DNA of 64,000 bases, taken from positions 261,470-325,469 of the forward strand of contig AP029158.1 of the NCBI GenBank assembly GCA_037076615.1, written 5' to 3'. The notes below the pieces were generated by a model, which ran no database searches, was not told the DNA's origin, and saw nothing but the letters and a program-made list of their open reading frames with translations. Source of the DNA: Candidatus Parcubacteria bacterium. GTDB taxonomy: Bacteria; Patescibacteriota; Patescibacteriia; Patescibacteriales; UBA12465. Made by a program: the position numbers and the translations under genes. Below, piece after piece: positions 8,618 through 18,902 of the stretch; the stretch's first letter is position 1, and the number at the start of each line of letters is the position of its first letter.

Positions 8618-11056
8618 ATGTTCAAGAGCAGAAAAGCAAAAAAATCTTTATTAACGGGGAAGTATCAGGCCGCCCCGGATTTTTTGCGCGGCCTTGATGA
8701 TGCGCTGCTTAAGGGCACTAAAAGAGATAAAGCCGAGCGACCACGACAGACACGACGGCAATTGGAAAGACAAGCGCGGCGTGATTTAAAATTGTTAGCC
8801 AAAAATGTAAAAACTGCTCAGCGGGAGGTGAAAAAAATAGACCGCGAGTCGTTGCCCAAGAAGTGGACTTTAAGTTATTTTGGCCGTCGCTGGCGAGAGC
8901 GGCAAACTCAGCTTCGCTTGAAATTTTATGAAAAAAAACTTGATGCTCAGCTTCGGAGTGGCGAAAAAAAATTATCTTCCTGGCGCCGAAAAAATTTTAA
9001 AAAACCTTCAAGTTCTCGCCGCCCTTGGTTTTGGCGCATCATTATTTTTGCCGGAGTCCTTTTTTTAGTGACCATTCCTTTCCAAATTTTGGTGCAATTT
9101 AGTGACCGGGATGACTATTCTTTTAAAGACTATCTCTTAAACATCACCAAAAACGCTTGGGGTAATTTAACCAGTGGTGGCGAAGCCCTAACTAATCAAG
9201 ATTGGAATCGAGCCGAAAAAAGTTTTAACCAGGCGGGCGACCAATTTTATCAAGCGGCGGCTGGTTTAAAAATTATTAACGATCGACTCTTATCTTTAGC
9301 GGCTTACACCAGTAATCCGGAATTAAAATTAGTGGCGGAAAGTAAAAAATTATTAAAGATTGGCGCTCTAGGTTCGGAATTAGCGGCGGAGATCACGGCC
9401 GCCCTTAACGGCTGGGATCGCGCCAATGGTGATTGGTTGGTACTACTAACTCAACTTGAGAAACGTGCGGCAACCGCTCAATCTTTAGCCAATAATCTCG
9501 TTTCTGAATTAGAAACAGTAAAGGTGGAAAATTTGCCCGTGGCCTATCAAGCGGATTTTGAAGAAATTGTTGACCAGGCTAAAGCTCTGCCAACGGCTTT
9601 AAGTTTGATTACCGACAATGCCGGTCGCTTTAAAAAATTATTAGGCAGTGGTCAGGATAAGCGGTATTTATTAGTTTTTCAGAATAATAATGAAATTAGA
9701 GGTTCGGGCGGATTTTTAGGAAGTTATGCCTTAATTGATTTTCGTGATGGGCAGATAACCAACTTAGAAGTCCCTGGTGGGGGTTCTTACGATACCGAAG
9801 CGGGGCTTAAATTAAATATTATTGCGCCCGAGCCCTTGTGGTTGGTTAATCCGAAGTGGCATTTTTGGGACGCTAACTGGTGGCCAGATTGGCCAACAAC
9901 AGCGCGCAACCTCAGCTGGTTTTTAGAAAAAAGTGCGGGCCCGACGGTTGATGGCGTGATTTCTTTTACTCCGAGTGTGATTGAAGAATTATTAAAGATT
10001 ACCGGACCGGTTGATTTAAGCGCCGAGTATGGGGTGATAATAACCGCCGAAAACTTTTGGCAAGAAGTACAGTTAACCGCCGAGCGCGATAATTTGGTGG
10101 ACACTAATCCTGATTTAGTCGCGCACTTGCCGATAGGGGAAGAAAATAAACCGAAAAAAATTATTGGTACTTTAGCCGAAGAAATCTTAGAGATCTTACC
10201 GGCAAAAATGAATCAAGATAATTTTCTTAAACTCGCTTCTTTAGCCGAAGAAAGTTTGGCCGCCAAGCAAGTGCTCCTTTATTTTTCTGATCCCGATTTG
10301 CAGGCGATGGTTTCTCAGTGGGGTTGGAGCGGGGAAGTGGCAGCGGCGCCTTACGATTATTTAATGGTGGTTAACACTAATATTGCGGGCGCTAAAACCG
10401 ATCGAATGATTAAAGAAACAATTAGTCAGGAGGTAAACATCAAAGAGGATGGCCGCGTGGTTGTTAATTTAAAAATAAAACGAGAGCACACCGCGCCGCC
10501 GCACACGCCTTTGGTGGGGGTGCGGAATGTTAATTGGCTTCGCGTTTATGTGCCCCACGGCGCTAAACTGCTACAAGCCGGAGGCTTTAGCGCTCCAGAC
10601 GCCGAGTATTTTTCTTATCCGGAGGCCGGCTGGCAAAAGAATGAATTGCTCGCCACTACCGAAGGGCAGTCTTTAGTTGAACCGGTTAGCGGCACTAAAG
10701 TTTATTCGGAGTCCGGTAAGACGGTCTTTGCTAATTGGAGCATGATTGATCCGGGGGAGACAGCTGAGTTGTGGTTCGAATACGAACTACCGCAGCCCGT
10801 GCCCGAATTAAAAGTTGCCGATAATTTATTTCAACGCCTAAATCATTGGCTTAATCCCGAAAAAATAAGTCGCTCCAATTATTCTTTATTGGTGCAAAAA
10901 CAACCGGGAGCGGTTAATGATAACTATCAGCTCCAAGTTAATTGGCCGGATAATTATCATTTAAGTTGGCAAGGTCCGGGCTTAATTGGTGGTCAAGCGC
11001 CGCTGACCCCCTTAACTCGGGATCGCTTTTTTTCTTTAGCTTTTAGTAATTATTAA
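8618..11056 (+). CDS. DUF4012-like membrane-anchored protein
   Basis: A basic N-terminus of about 140 aa, then one TM (WRIIIFAGVLFLVTIPF). DKRYLLVFQNNNEIRGSGGFLGSYALIDF is the core I recall for DUF4012. The ATG directly abuts the upstream stop. Confidence 0.8.
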   Translation: MFKSRKAKKSLLTGKYQAAPDFLRGLDDALLKGTKRDKAERPRQTRRQLERQARRDLKLLAKNVKTAQREVKKIDRESLPKKWTLSYFGRRWRERQTQLRLKFYEKKLDAQLRSGEKKLSSWRRKNFKKPSSSRRPWFWRIIIFAGVLFLVTIPFQILVQFSDRDDYSFKDYLLNITKNAWGNLTSGGEALTNQDWNRAEKSFNQAGDQFYQAAAGLKIINDRLLSLAAYTSNPELKLVAESKKLLKIGALGSELAAEITAALNGWDRANGDWLVLLTQLEKRAATAQSLANNLVSELETVKVENLPVAYQADFEEIVDQAKALPTALSLITDNAGRFKKLLGSGQDKRYLLVFQNNNEIRGSGGFLGSYALIDFRDGQITNLEVPGGGSYDTEAGLKLNIIAPEPLWLVNPKWHFWDANWWPDWPTTARNLSWFLEKSAGPTVDGVISFTPSVIEELLKITGPVDLSAEYGVIITAENFWQEVQLTAERDNLVDTNPDLVAHLPIGEENKPKKIIGTLAEEILEILPAKMNQDNFLKLASLAEESLAAKQVLLYFSDPDLQAMVSQWGWSGEVAAAPYDYLMVVNTNIAGAKTDRMIKETISQEVNIKEDGRVVVNLKIKREHTAPPHTPLVGVRNVNWLRVYVPHGAKLLQAGGFSAPDAEYFSYPEAGWQKNELLATTEGQSLVEPVSGTKVYSESGKTVFANWSMIDPGETAELWFEYELPQPVPELKVADNLFQRLNHWLNPEKISRSNYSLLVQKQPGAVNDNYQLQVNWPDNYHLSWQGPGLIGGQAPLTPLTRDRFFSLAFSNY

Positions 11057-11059
11057 TAT

Positions 11060-13108
11060 ATGTCTATTAAAAAAAATATTCCGGTCACGGCCGGTCCGGC
11101 ACAAAATAATCCCGCGCCCAAAGATTCTAATCCGGGAAGGGTAAAAAAATCCGAGCCTAAGTTTCGGCCGAGATCCGCGCCGCAGCCAACACGGCGTCCT
11201 GTTTTTAGTGCTCATCCGGTGCCCACTAAGGAGCAGGTCAAAAAATTTGAACAGGCCGTTCGCCGCGAGGCCCGCCAAGAAGAAATTGAGGATAATCTCT
11301 CGGAAATTTATCGTGATAAAAAGGGTGAATTGGTTGATGTTTCCGAATTTAAGGCGCGTAAAAAACCAATTTTAATTTTGTTGCTAAAAAATATCTTTGT
11401 CTTAGCGGTTATTGCTTCGCTGGCTTACGCCGCCTTCACTTATTTTTTCAGCCCCAACGCTAATGAGGCGAGAGTTAGTCTAGAGATCACCGCTCCGGAT
11501 AAAGTTAAGGCTGGCGAACCGTTTAACTATTCGATCGTTTACGAAAACCGGAGTGAGTTCTTTTTAAAAAATTTACGTCTTGAACTTAAATATCCAGAAA
11601 GATTCATTCGCGAGGAGGTTAGCGGAGAGCTAACACCGCTGGGCAGTGCCGGTAATTATTTTGAATTACCGGATTTACCGATTGGTGGTCGGGCGGAAAT
11701 AAAAATTTCCGGCCGATTGATTGGTAAACAAGATTCTACGAATATTTTAACCGCCGGTTTAAGTTTCGCACCGCAAGATTTTTCTAGTCAATTTAAAGAG
11801 GAGGCCGTTTCGGCAATTACGATCAGTAGTCTCGGTTTTGATTTAGGCTTCGAGTATAGCAATGCCGTCTTAGTTGGTCAGGAAAATGAAATAGAGCTTA
11901 ACTTTAGTCGTCCTAATGACACCTTCTTAGAAAATTTTGATTTATCTTTTTCCTTCCCGGAAAATATTTCTTTAGTGAACGCCACCACGACCGCTACTAA
12001 TACTCCCATAACTGTTGATAAAAGTAATTTAGTTTGGCGAATAGAAAATTTTGCCACGGCGACCGATGATTATCGTTTGCCAGTTCGCTATAAAGTTAAC
12101 CGCAAAGTTTCTGATAGCCAGGATTTAATTATTCGCCTTAGTCAAAAAGATGAAAAGGGGCAAGAATATGTCTTTTTAGAAAAAGTTATCAACCTGTCAA
12201 TAATGACCAGTAACTTGAATTTAACTTTAAGTGTTAACGGTAATAAAACTGAGGGGGCGGCTAGTTTCGGTGAGACGCTTAAATATTCTTTAAGTTATGT
12301 TAATAAAAGTGATAATGATTTACAGGATATAGTTTTGATGGCAGTTTTAGATGGTGATTGGCTCGACTGGAAATCAATTAAGGAAACTGATGGCGGAAAA
12401 ATAAAAAATAATACGATTATTTGGGCTAAGGAGGAATTGCCCGCTTTGGCGACTTTAGAGCCGGGCGCTAGCGGGGAGCTGAACTTTGAGATTGCTATTC
12501 AAGATTATACCCCCGATAAGTTGGGCGATAAGACAACCATTGCCAGCTATGCTTACTTTACTTTAGGCAGCCAAAGCACCGGCCTTAATGATAGTAAGAG
12601 TAATACGGTGACGACTAAAATAAATAGTGATTTCCAATTTACCGAGCAGGTCTTATATTTTGATGAAAATAATATGCCTGTCGGTAGTGGCCCTTTGCCG
12701 CCGGTAGTTGGTCAAGAAACGGGCGTGCGCGTTTATTGGAACTTGGAAAATAACCTCAATGAATTAAAAGGAGCTCGAGTGGTGGCTGTTTTGCCGGAGT
12801 ATGTTAATTTTGCCGGTGCTCGCAATACTTCTTGGGGGAGCCTTAGTTTTGATCCCGGCACTAGATTTGTTAACTGGGAGCTCGGTGATTTGCCGCTGAG
12901 TACTTATCAAGCGCAAGCCCAATTTGATTTAACCTTGACGCCGACTGAAGATCAGCGCAATACTCTGTTGGTTATTTTGCCGGGGAGCACGGCCCAAGCT
13001 TTAGATGCGGAAACGGGAATTATGCTGACCGCCTCGACTCCAGCAAAAACAACAAAACTAGAAGATGATAGTATCGCTGCTTTAAGTAATTCCGGCTTGG
13101 TTCAATAA
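11060..13108 (+). CDS. Membrane-anchored surface protein with repeated Ig-like (DUF11/CARDB-like) modules
   Basis: Basic N-terminus and a single TM (ILILLLKNIFVLAVIASLAYAAF). It has repeated beta-rich segments such as LEITAPDKVKAGEPFNYSIVYEN and GETLKYSLSYVN. It starts 3 nt after the upstream gene. Confidence 0.7.
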   Translation: MSIKKNIPVTAGPAQNNPAPKDSNPGRVKKSEPKFRPRSAPQPTRRPVFSAHPVPTKEQVKKFEQAVRREARQEEIEDNLSEIYRDKKGELVDVSEFKARKKPILILLLKNIFVLAVIASLAYAAFTYFFSPNANEARVSLEITAPDKVKAGEPFNYSIVYENRSEFFLKNLRLELKYPERFIREEVSGELTPLGSAGNYFELPDLPIGGRAEIKISGRLIGKQDSTNILTAGLSFAPQDFSSQFKEEAVSAITISSLGFDLGFEYSNAVLVGQENEIELNFSRPNDTFLENFDLSFSFPENISLVNATTTATNTPITVDKSNLVWRIENFATATDDYRLPVRYKVNRKVSDSQDLIIRLSQKDEKGQEYVFLEKVINLSIMTSNLNLTLSVNGNKTEGAASFGETLKYSLSYVNKSDNDLQDIVLMAVLDGDWLDWKSIKETDGGKIKNNTIIWAKEELPALATLEPGASGELNFEIAIQDYTPDKLGDKTTIASYAYFTLGSQSTGLNDSKSNTVTTKINSDFQFTEQVLYFDENNMPVGSGPLPPVVGQETGVRVYWNLENNLNELKGARVVAVLPEYVNFAGARNTSWGSLSFDPGTRFVNWELGDLPLSTYQAQAQFDLTLTPTEDQRNTLLVILPGSTAQALDAETGIMLTASTPAKTTKLEDDSIAALSNSGLVQ

Positions 13109-13119
13109 AGTTAATTTTT

Positions 13120-14271
13120 ATGATTGTTTGGAAAAATAAAAATGGCTATCGTCAAGGAAAAATAAAAACGCCCCACGGATTACTCACCACGCCATTTTTT
13201 ATGCCGGATGCGACGAGAGGTGTAGTTAAGCATTTAACAACCAATGATCTCAAGCAAGTGGGAACAAGTGCTTTGGTGGTTAATACTTTCCATCTTTATC
13301 TGCGGCCGGGGATAAAAACAATTGAAAAAGCCGGCGGCTTACATCAATTTATGAGTTATCCGGGCCCCTTATTATCAGATAGTGGCGGCTTTCAGGTGTT
13401 TTCTTTGATTCACCGACGGCCGGGCCACGGCGACATTAATGATCAGCGAGCCCGGTTTAAATCGCCGTTAGATGGCAGTTTTCACGAGCTCACCCCGGAA
13501 AAATCTATCCAAATCCAATTCTCTTTGGGGGTTGATTTCATGATTTGTTTAGATGATTGTCCGCCGAATGAATTTTCGCGACCGGATTTAGAGGCGGCAG
13601 TGGCGCGAACAATTGCTTGGGCGCGTCGAGCTAAAGCGGAATATAATCGGCAAGTTAAAAAAAGAGGTTTAAGTGAAGTAGCGCGACCGCGCTTATTGGC
13701 GGTTATCCAAGGAGGGGTGGATATCGATTTGCGCCAAGCTTGTGCCGCCGCTTTGGTGGAAATCGGTTTTGATGGTTATGGTTTTGGGGCGCGCCCGGTT
13801 GATAAAGAGGGTAATTTTTTAGCGGGTGTGATGGCAGCGACGGCGGCGGCGATTCCCGAAACTAGTTTACGCTTTGCGCTCGGAGTTGGTTTACCAGAAG
13901 ATATTTATCGTGCTTACCTGATGGGCTGGGATATGTTTGACTGCGTGATTCCTACTAGAGAAGGACGGCATGGGAAGTTATTTTCTTTTAAGCCCCGCTT
14001 TAAGGAATTTAAGAAGCCAGCTTCGCGTTCGAAAATAGTGGCGACGGCGCCGGATTTTTACCAAACGACTAATATTTTGCGAGCCGAGTACGCTCATGAT
14101 CAGCGACCAATTAATCCTCAGAGCAATTTTCCTGAGCTAAGAACTTACAGCCGCGCTTACTTACATCATCTTTTTAAGAGCGGAGAACCCTTGGGTCAAC
14201 GTTTGGCTAGTTTAAATAATTTAGAATTTTTTAATGAATTGTTGAATAAACTTAAAGATTTAGCCGATTAA
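13120..14271 (+). CDS. tgt: tRNA-guanine transglycosylase family protein (divergent, no Zn-cysteine motif)
   Basis: TPFFMPDAT, LSDSGGFQV, ICLDDC and DMFDCVIPTREGRHG match TGT catalytic regions. The C-terminal region lacks CxCxxC. Confidence 0.8.
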   Translation: MIVWKNKNGYRQGKIKTPHGLLTTPFFMPDATRGVVKHLTTNDLKQVGTSALVVNTFHLYLRPGIKTIEKAGGLHQFMSYPGPLLSDSGGFQVFSLIHRRPGHGDINDQRARFKSPLDGSFHELTPEKSIQIQFSLGVDFMICLDDCPPNEFSRPDLEAAVARTIAWARRAKAEYNRQVKKRGLSEVARPRLLAVIQGGVDIDLRQACAAALVEIGFDGYGFGARPVDKEGNFLAGVMAATAAAIPETSLRFALGVGLPEDIYRAYLMGWDMFDCVIPTREGRHGKLFSFKPRFKEFKKPASRSKIVATAPDFYQTTNILRAEYAHDQRPINPQSNFPELRTYSRAYLHHLFKSGEPLGQRLASLNNLEFFNELLNKLKDLAD

Positions 14272-14291
14272 AAATTGAAAATTATTTAGGC

Positions 14292-14320
14292 TTGGCAAAA
14301 CTCCAACTTTTTTCTATACT
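14292..14320 (+). promoter_or_regulatory. Sigma-70-type promoter candidate upstream of pyk
   Basis: TTGGCA - 17 nt - TATACT. Confidence 0.45.
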
Positions 14321-14382
14321 GAAAGCCGAGCCGATAGCGGCCTTTTTTTTGCCGCCGGTAAAATTTTATCTTTATATTTACT

Positions 14383-15405
14383 ATGACGAGAACTAAAATT
14401 ATTGCGACCGTTGGTCCAAAAACAGAAACAGCTGAAACTTTAGAACCGCTTTTAAAAAACGGTGTTGACATGGTGCGTTTAAATTTTTCTCATGCCACCG
14501 AGGAGCAGTATCTGCGCGTCCAAAAAATTGTTAAAAATTTTAATAAAAAAAACGAACGCTCGGTGTCAATGATGCTTGATTTACAGGGTCCGAGAATCCG
14601 AGTGGGGGTAATTCCGGAAGATAATTTAACTATGCGTTTGGGGGAAGAATTTGTCTTTGAATATTCCACCAAGCCTTACGAACCTGGCGGTTCAATCCCG
14701 ATTGATTCAAAAGAACTGCCGGATAGTATAAAAAAAGGTCATCAATTATTCTTAGCTAATGGCGCGATCGAATTAGTCGTTAAAAAAGTTAAAGACGGTA
14801 AAGTGACGGCTCAAGTAATTAATAGTGGTGTCTTAAGCTCCCATAAGGGTGTTAATGTTCCTAACACTGATTTAAAGGATTTTGGCTTAACCGCTAAAGA
14901 TAAACGTGATTTGAAAATTGGTTTGAAGGTGGGCGTTGATTGTGTGGCTCTGTCTTTTGTGCAAACAGCCGACGATGTTTTACGTTTGCGTAAATTAATC
15001 GGTAAGAAGCCGATTAAAATTATTTCTAAGATCGAGCGCGGTATCGCTTTAGAAAATATCAACGATATTATTGAAGTCTCCGATATTATTATGGTCGCCC
15101 GCGGAGATTTAGGGATTGAAGTCCCGGCCGAGCGTTTGCCGATAATCCAGAAAAATTTAATTAGTCAGGCGCACTGGCACAAGAGGCCGGCTATTTTAGC
15201 TACTCAGGTGATGACGTCAATGATTAAAAATCCTCATCCGACGAGAGCAGAAGTGAGCGATATCGCTAATGCCGTGATTGATGGCGCCGACATGATTATG
15301 CTTTCTGATGAGACAACTGTTGGCAATTATCCTTTAGAGGCGGTTAAAATGTTAAAGAAGGTGATTGTTTACACCGAAGAAAGTTTGACTAAAAAATATT
15401 TCTAA
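14383..15405 (+). CDS. pyk: Pyruvate kinase, short form lacking the C-terminal domain
   Basis: [27 protein letters not shown] and [12 protein letters not shown] motifs. The ORF ends about 30 aa after the last motif, at 340 aa. Confidence 0.85.
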   Translation: MTRTKIIATVGPKTETAETLEPLLKNGVDMVRLNFSHATEEQYLRVQKIVKNFNKKNERSVSMMLDLQGPRIRVGVIPEDNLTMRLGEEFVFEYSTKPYEPGGSIPIDSKELPDSIKKGHQLFLANGAIELVVKKVKDGKVTAQVINSGVLSSHKGVNVPNTDLKDFGLTAKDKRDLKIGLKVGVDCVALSFVQTADDVLRLRKLIGKKPIKIISKIERGIALENINDIIEVSDIIMVARGDLGIEVPAERLPIIQKNLISQAHWHKRPAILATQVMTSMIKNPHPTRAEVSDIANAVIDGADMIMLSDETTVGNYPLEAVKMLKKVIVYTEESLTKKYF

Positions 15406-15409
15406 AAAT

Positions 15410-16693
15410 ATGAAAATAAAAACAATTAAAGCGAGTCAGATTTTAGACTCCAGGGGAAATCCGACTGTGACGGCGACCGTAGTCTTAGAAAGTGGCGCTT
15501 CTGGTTGGGCGGCTGTTCCTAGCGGTGCTTCAACCGGCAGTTATGAAGCAGTGGAACTACGTGATGGTGGCGAGGCTTACGGCGGTTTAGGCGTTAGCGA
15601 GGCTATAAAAAATGTTAATGAAAAAATTGCCCCCGCTTTAATTGGCCAACTAGCTACCGAGCAATCAGCAATTGATAAGTTAATGATCGATTTAGATGGT
15701 ACTCCCAATAAGGCTAATTTAGGGGCGAATGCGATTTTAGCTGTTTCCTTGGCGGTGGCGCGCGCGGCGGCCGCCGGGCTAAACCAGCCTTTGTATAAAT
15801 ATTTGACTCAGTTTAATCCGCGCTTTGATGGTACCTACAAACTGCCTTTACCGATGTTAAATATTTTAAATGGTGGTAAACACGCGGATTGGGCAACTGA
15901 CATTCAGGAATATATGATTTTGCCGGTGGGCGCCAAAAGTATGGCCGAAGCGGTAAAGATGGGGGCCGAAATTTATCAGGCCTTAAAAAAGACTTTGAAG
16001 AAAAAGGGGTATCAAATTACGGTTGGCGATGAGGGTGGTTTTGCACCGGCGGTTAAAACTAATGCCGAGGCTTTTGATCTGCTTAATGAAGCGGTTAGCA
16101 GTGCCGGCTACAAGCCGGGGGAAGAAGTGGTTTTTGGAATTGATGCCGCCGCCACTGAATTCTTCCATGAGGGTAAGTATCAATTAAAAAAAGAAGATAA
16201 AATTTTGAGTGCTAGTGAGTTAGTGGGATTTTACCAAGGCTTGGCGGCCAAATATCCATTAGTTTCTTTTGAGGATATTTTAGCGGAAGATGACTGGTCC
16301 GGTTGGGGAGAGTTTATGGCGGCCTTCAACAGTCAGGTTCAGGTCGTGGGTGATGATTTATATGTTACTAATGTTGAACGTTTAAAGAAGGGGATTGAAA
16401 CTAAGGCCAGTAATTCTATTTTGATTAAACTTAATCAAATTGGTACTCTAAGCGAAACAGTCGCCGCTATTAATTTAGCTTTAGAAAATAATTTTACAGC
16501 AGTGATCTCGCACCGCAGCGGCGAGACCGAAGACGCTTTTATTGCTGATTTAGCGGTCGCTTTGGGCACGGGGCAAATTAAGACTGGTGCTCCGGCGCGC
16601 TCGGAGAGAACTGCCAAGTATAACCGTTTATTAGCAATTGCCGAAGAATTGGGTGAAGCTGGCCAATTAGCGCCGTTTCCTTTCCGATCCTAA
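15410..16693 (+). CDS. eno: Enolase
   Basis: [30 protein letters not shown] and SHRSGETED signatures across 427 aa. Confidence 0.95.
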   Translation: MKIKTIKASQILDSRGNPTVTATVVLESGASGWAAVPSGASTGSYEAVELRDGGEAYGGLGVSEAIKNVNEKIAPALIGQLATEQSAIDKLMIDLDGTPNKANLGANAILAVSLAVARAAAAGLNQPLYKYLTQFNPRFDGTYKLPLPMLNILNGGKHADWATDIQEYMILPVGAKSMAEAVKMGAEIYQALKKTLKKKGYQITVGDEGGFAPAVKTNAEAFDLLNEAVSSAGYKPGEEVVFGIDAAATEFFHEGKYQLKKEDKILSASELVGFYQGLAAKYPLVSFEDILAEDDWSGWGEFMAAFNSQVQVVGDDLYVTNVERLKKGIETKASNSILIKLNQIGTLSETVAAINLALENNFTAVISHRSGETEDAFIADLAVALGTGQIKTGAPARSERTAKYNRLLAIAEELGEAGQLAPFPFRS

Positions 16694-16732
16694 AATAAAA
16701 AGGGTTGCCAATTTCTTTGCCCGCTTTTTCTT

Positions 16733-17836
16733 ATGAGAGTTTTTAAATATCTCAATTGGACAATTTTTATTGGCGGCTACATCTTAGTATGGATTTTAAG
16801 CAGCTGGCTTTTTGCTTGGTCGTCTTTCGGCGCCAAAGCGCTTTCGGCCACTGCTTTTATTTTGCTGGCGGTTTTAACAATTATTGTTTTTAAGCATACT
16901 AATAAAAAAGATTCGCCTTGGTGGCGCTTCCTCTATCAGCTCGTTTTTGGACTCCTCGGAGTGGGCTTTATTTTTTTATTAGTGGCTCTTTTGGCTTGGC
17001 TAATTTATTTAATCCTTGGTTTCTTTGGAATTACTTTACCCTTTAATATCTTAAGACCTTTAATTTTAGCGCTAGTAGCAGTCTTAACCTTAATTTCTAT
17101 CTATCAGGCCCGAGAGCCAAAGATTAAATCTTACGAAGTGAAGATTAATAAGTTACCAGACTCTTGGGTGGATAAAAAAATTGTTCATCTTTCCGATCTA
17201 CATTTAGGGCCGGTCTGGCGGGAAAAATTCTTAAAAAGAGTTTTGAAAAAGGTTCAGTCTTTAGCGCCAGAAGCAATTTTTATTAGTGGTGATTTATTTG
17301 ATGGCAGCCAGGTTGATTTCTCCTGGCTCGGCAATCTATTAAATGAATTTCAGCCGCCGCGCGGAGTGTATTATTCTTTTGGCAATCATGATTTAGATTT
17401 AGGCAGTGAGAAGGTTCATGAGTTGTTAGACCCCTGGTTGATAGAGATTCTAGAAAATCGTTTAATCGAAGATTCGGGTTTACAAATTATTGGCCTTAAC
17501 TTTCAGGATAAGCACAATTATTTAAGCCCGGGTGAGCAATTAGCCAAAACTCCTTATCAGGCCGATAAGCCGAGTATTCTTCTTTATCACGAACCTAAAG
17601 ATCCACTGGCTTTCAAAATTGCCGGAATTGATTTACAGTTATCGGGACATACGCACGCCGGCCAGATGTTTCCTTTTAATCTAGTAGCTGCTAATCTTTA
17701 TGACTGGCGCGCGTATGGTTTGTACCAAGACGGTCATTATCACTTATCGGTTAGTAGTGGAGTCGGTACTTGGGGGCCACCCTTGCGTTTGGGGACGCGC
17801 TCCGAAATTGTTTTAATTACTTTAAAGAGCGCATAA
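16733..17836 (+). CDS. Membrane-bound metallophosphoesterase
   Basis: Several N-terminal TM helices, then calcineurin-like motifs HLSDLHLG, SGDLFDG, GNHD and SGHTHAGQ. Confidence 0.8.
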   Translation: MRVFKYLNWTIFIGGYILVWILSSWLFAWSSFGAKALSATAFILLAVLTIIVFKHTNKKDSPWWRFLYQLVFGLLGVGFIFLLVALLAWLIYLILGFFGITLPFNILRPLILALVAVLTLISIYQAREPKIKSYEVKINKLPDSWVDKKIVHLSDLHLGPVWREKFLKRVLKKVQSLAPEAIFISGDLFDGSQVDFSWLGNLLNEFQPPRGVYYSFGNHDLDLGSEKVHELLDPWLIEILENRLIEDSGLQIIGLNFQDKHNYLSPGEQLAKTPYQADKPSILLYHEPKDPLAFKIAGIDLQLSGHTHAGQMFPFNLVAANLYDWRAYGLYQDGHYHLSVSSGVGTWGPPLRLGTRSEIVLITLKSA

Positions 17837-17844
17837 ATATATAT

Positions 17845-18840
17845 ATGAATTTATCTAAAGTCCACGAGAGTTTGGCTGGCGAACTTAAATTCCGTCATAG
17901 TCAAGCCGAGCAGGCTATTTTTAAGGACTTGGTGACGAGTTGGCAAGAGGTTACTAATTTTCCTAAAGATTTACGCGAACGCTTAGAAACTGATTGTCCG
18001 CTCACAATTGAGGCGGAATTATTTAGTAGCACTGATAAAACTACTCAAAAAGCGCTGATCACTTTAGAGGATGGCCTAAAAATTGAAACAGTTTTAATTA
18101 GTCAAAGCGATGGCCGGCAAACAGTCTGTGTTTCTTCGCAAGTTGGTTGCCCTTTGGCCTGCGAATTCTGTGCGACTGGGCAAAGTGGTTTTAGTCGTAA
18201 TCTAACGGCCGCGGAAATTGTGGAACAAGTTTTATTTTGGCAACGTGAGTTAAAAGCTAGTGATAATAAGGTTGATAATGTGGTTTTTATGGGTATGGGT
18301 GAGCCTTTATTAAATTATGATCAGGTAATTAAAGCTTTAAAATGGCTTAATGACCCGGAAACTTTTGGTCTCGGCGCGCGGCGTTTATCCGTTTCCACTG
18401 CCGGTATTCCTGCCGAGATTAAGCGCTTAGCCGGTGAGCCGCTACAAGTTAATTTAGCGATTTCTCTTCACTTTGCTGTTGATTTACAAAGAGAACGTTA
18501 CATGCCGATTGCGCGACGCTATTCTTTGGCGGAGCTAATGGCCGCCGTGGAGGTTTATCAGAAAAAGGCCGGTCGCCAGGTAATGTTTGAATATTTGATG
18601 ATTAAAGGAATTAATGATAGTGATAATGACGTCCAGTTGTTAATTCGCTTGTTAAGTGGCCGACCATTAAGTGTCGTTAATCTTATCCCCTATAATCCCA
18701 CCGGCCGATTTTTACCGAGTTCCGCGGAACGAGTTAGAGAGTTTAGAAAAAAATTAGAAGACGCCGGTCTAAAAGTAACCACTCGTCGTTCTTATGGTGG
18801 CGACATTGCCGCCGCCTGTGGCCAGCTAGCGAAAAAATAA
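17845..18840 (+). CDS. rlmN: 23S rRNA/tRNA (adenine-C2)-methyltransferase, radical SAM
   Basis: Radical-SAM cluster motif CPLACEFCATG, with GMGEPLLNY and LIPYNP. I moved the start to the ATG at 17845 because the 17770 extension overlaps the upstream gene. Confidence 0.9.
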   Translation: MNLSKVHESLAGELKFRHSQAEQAIFKDLVTSWQEVTNFPKDLRERLETDCPLTIEAELFSSTDKTTQKALITLEDGLKIETVLISQSDGRQTVCVSSQVGCPLACEFCATGQSGFSRNLTAAEIVEQVLFWQRELKASDNKVDNVVFMGMGEPLLNYDQVIKALKWLNDPETFGLGARRLSVSTAGIPAEIKRLAGEPLQVNLAISLHFAVDLQRERYMPIARRYSLAELMAAVEVYQKKAGRQVMFEYLMIKGINDSDNDVQLLIRLLSGRPLSVVNLIPYNPTGRFLPSSAERVREFRKKLEDAGLKVTTRRSYGGDIAAACGQLAKK

Positions 18841-18853
18841 TTTAATTTAAATT

Positions 18854-18885
18854 TAAAAAAACCTATCATTTTGATAGGTTTTTTT
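18854..18885. terminator. Bidirectional rho-independent terminator between convergent genes
   Basis: Stem aacctatca/tgataggtt, flanked by an A-run upstream and a T-run downstream. Confidence 0.65.
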
Positions 18886-18902
18886 AGGGCTTTTTTTGAT
18901 TT

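Noticed and set aside
14321-14350. A GC-rich segment followed by T8 just after the pyk promoter candidate, considered as a possible attenuator or riboswitch.
   Set aside because: I could form only a 4-bp stem (gccg/cggc) with a 9-nt loop. The region is too short and weak for a riboswitch or a reliable terminator.
17770-17844. N-terminal extensions offered by the ORF track. They are at 17770, 24234, 36462, 49043, 55140, 61048, 52639 (TTG), 43804 (TTG) and 7406 (TTG).
   Set aside because: The extensions overlap upstream genes or terminators and encode non-conserved peptides. Internal ATGs line up with the conserved N-termini (RlmN, PSP1, Dtd, DUF3048-like, GT2 and others).
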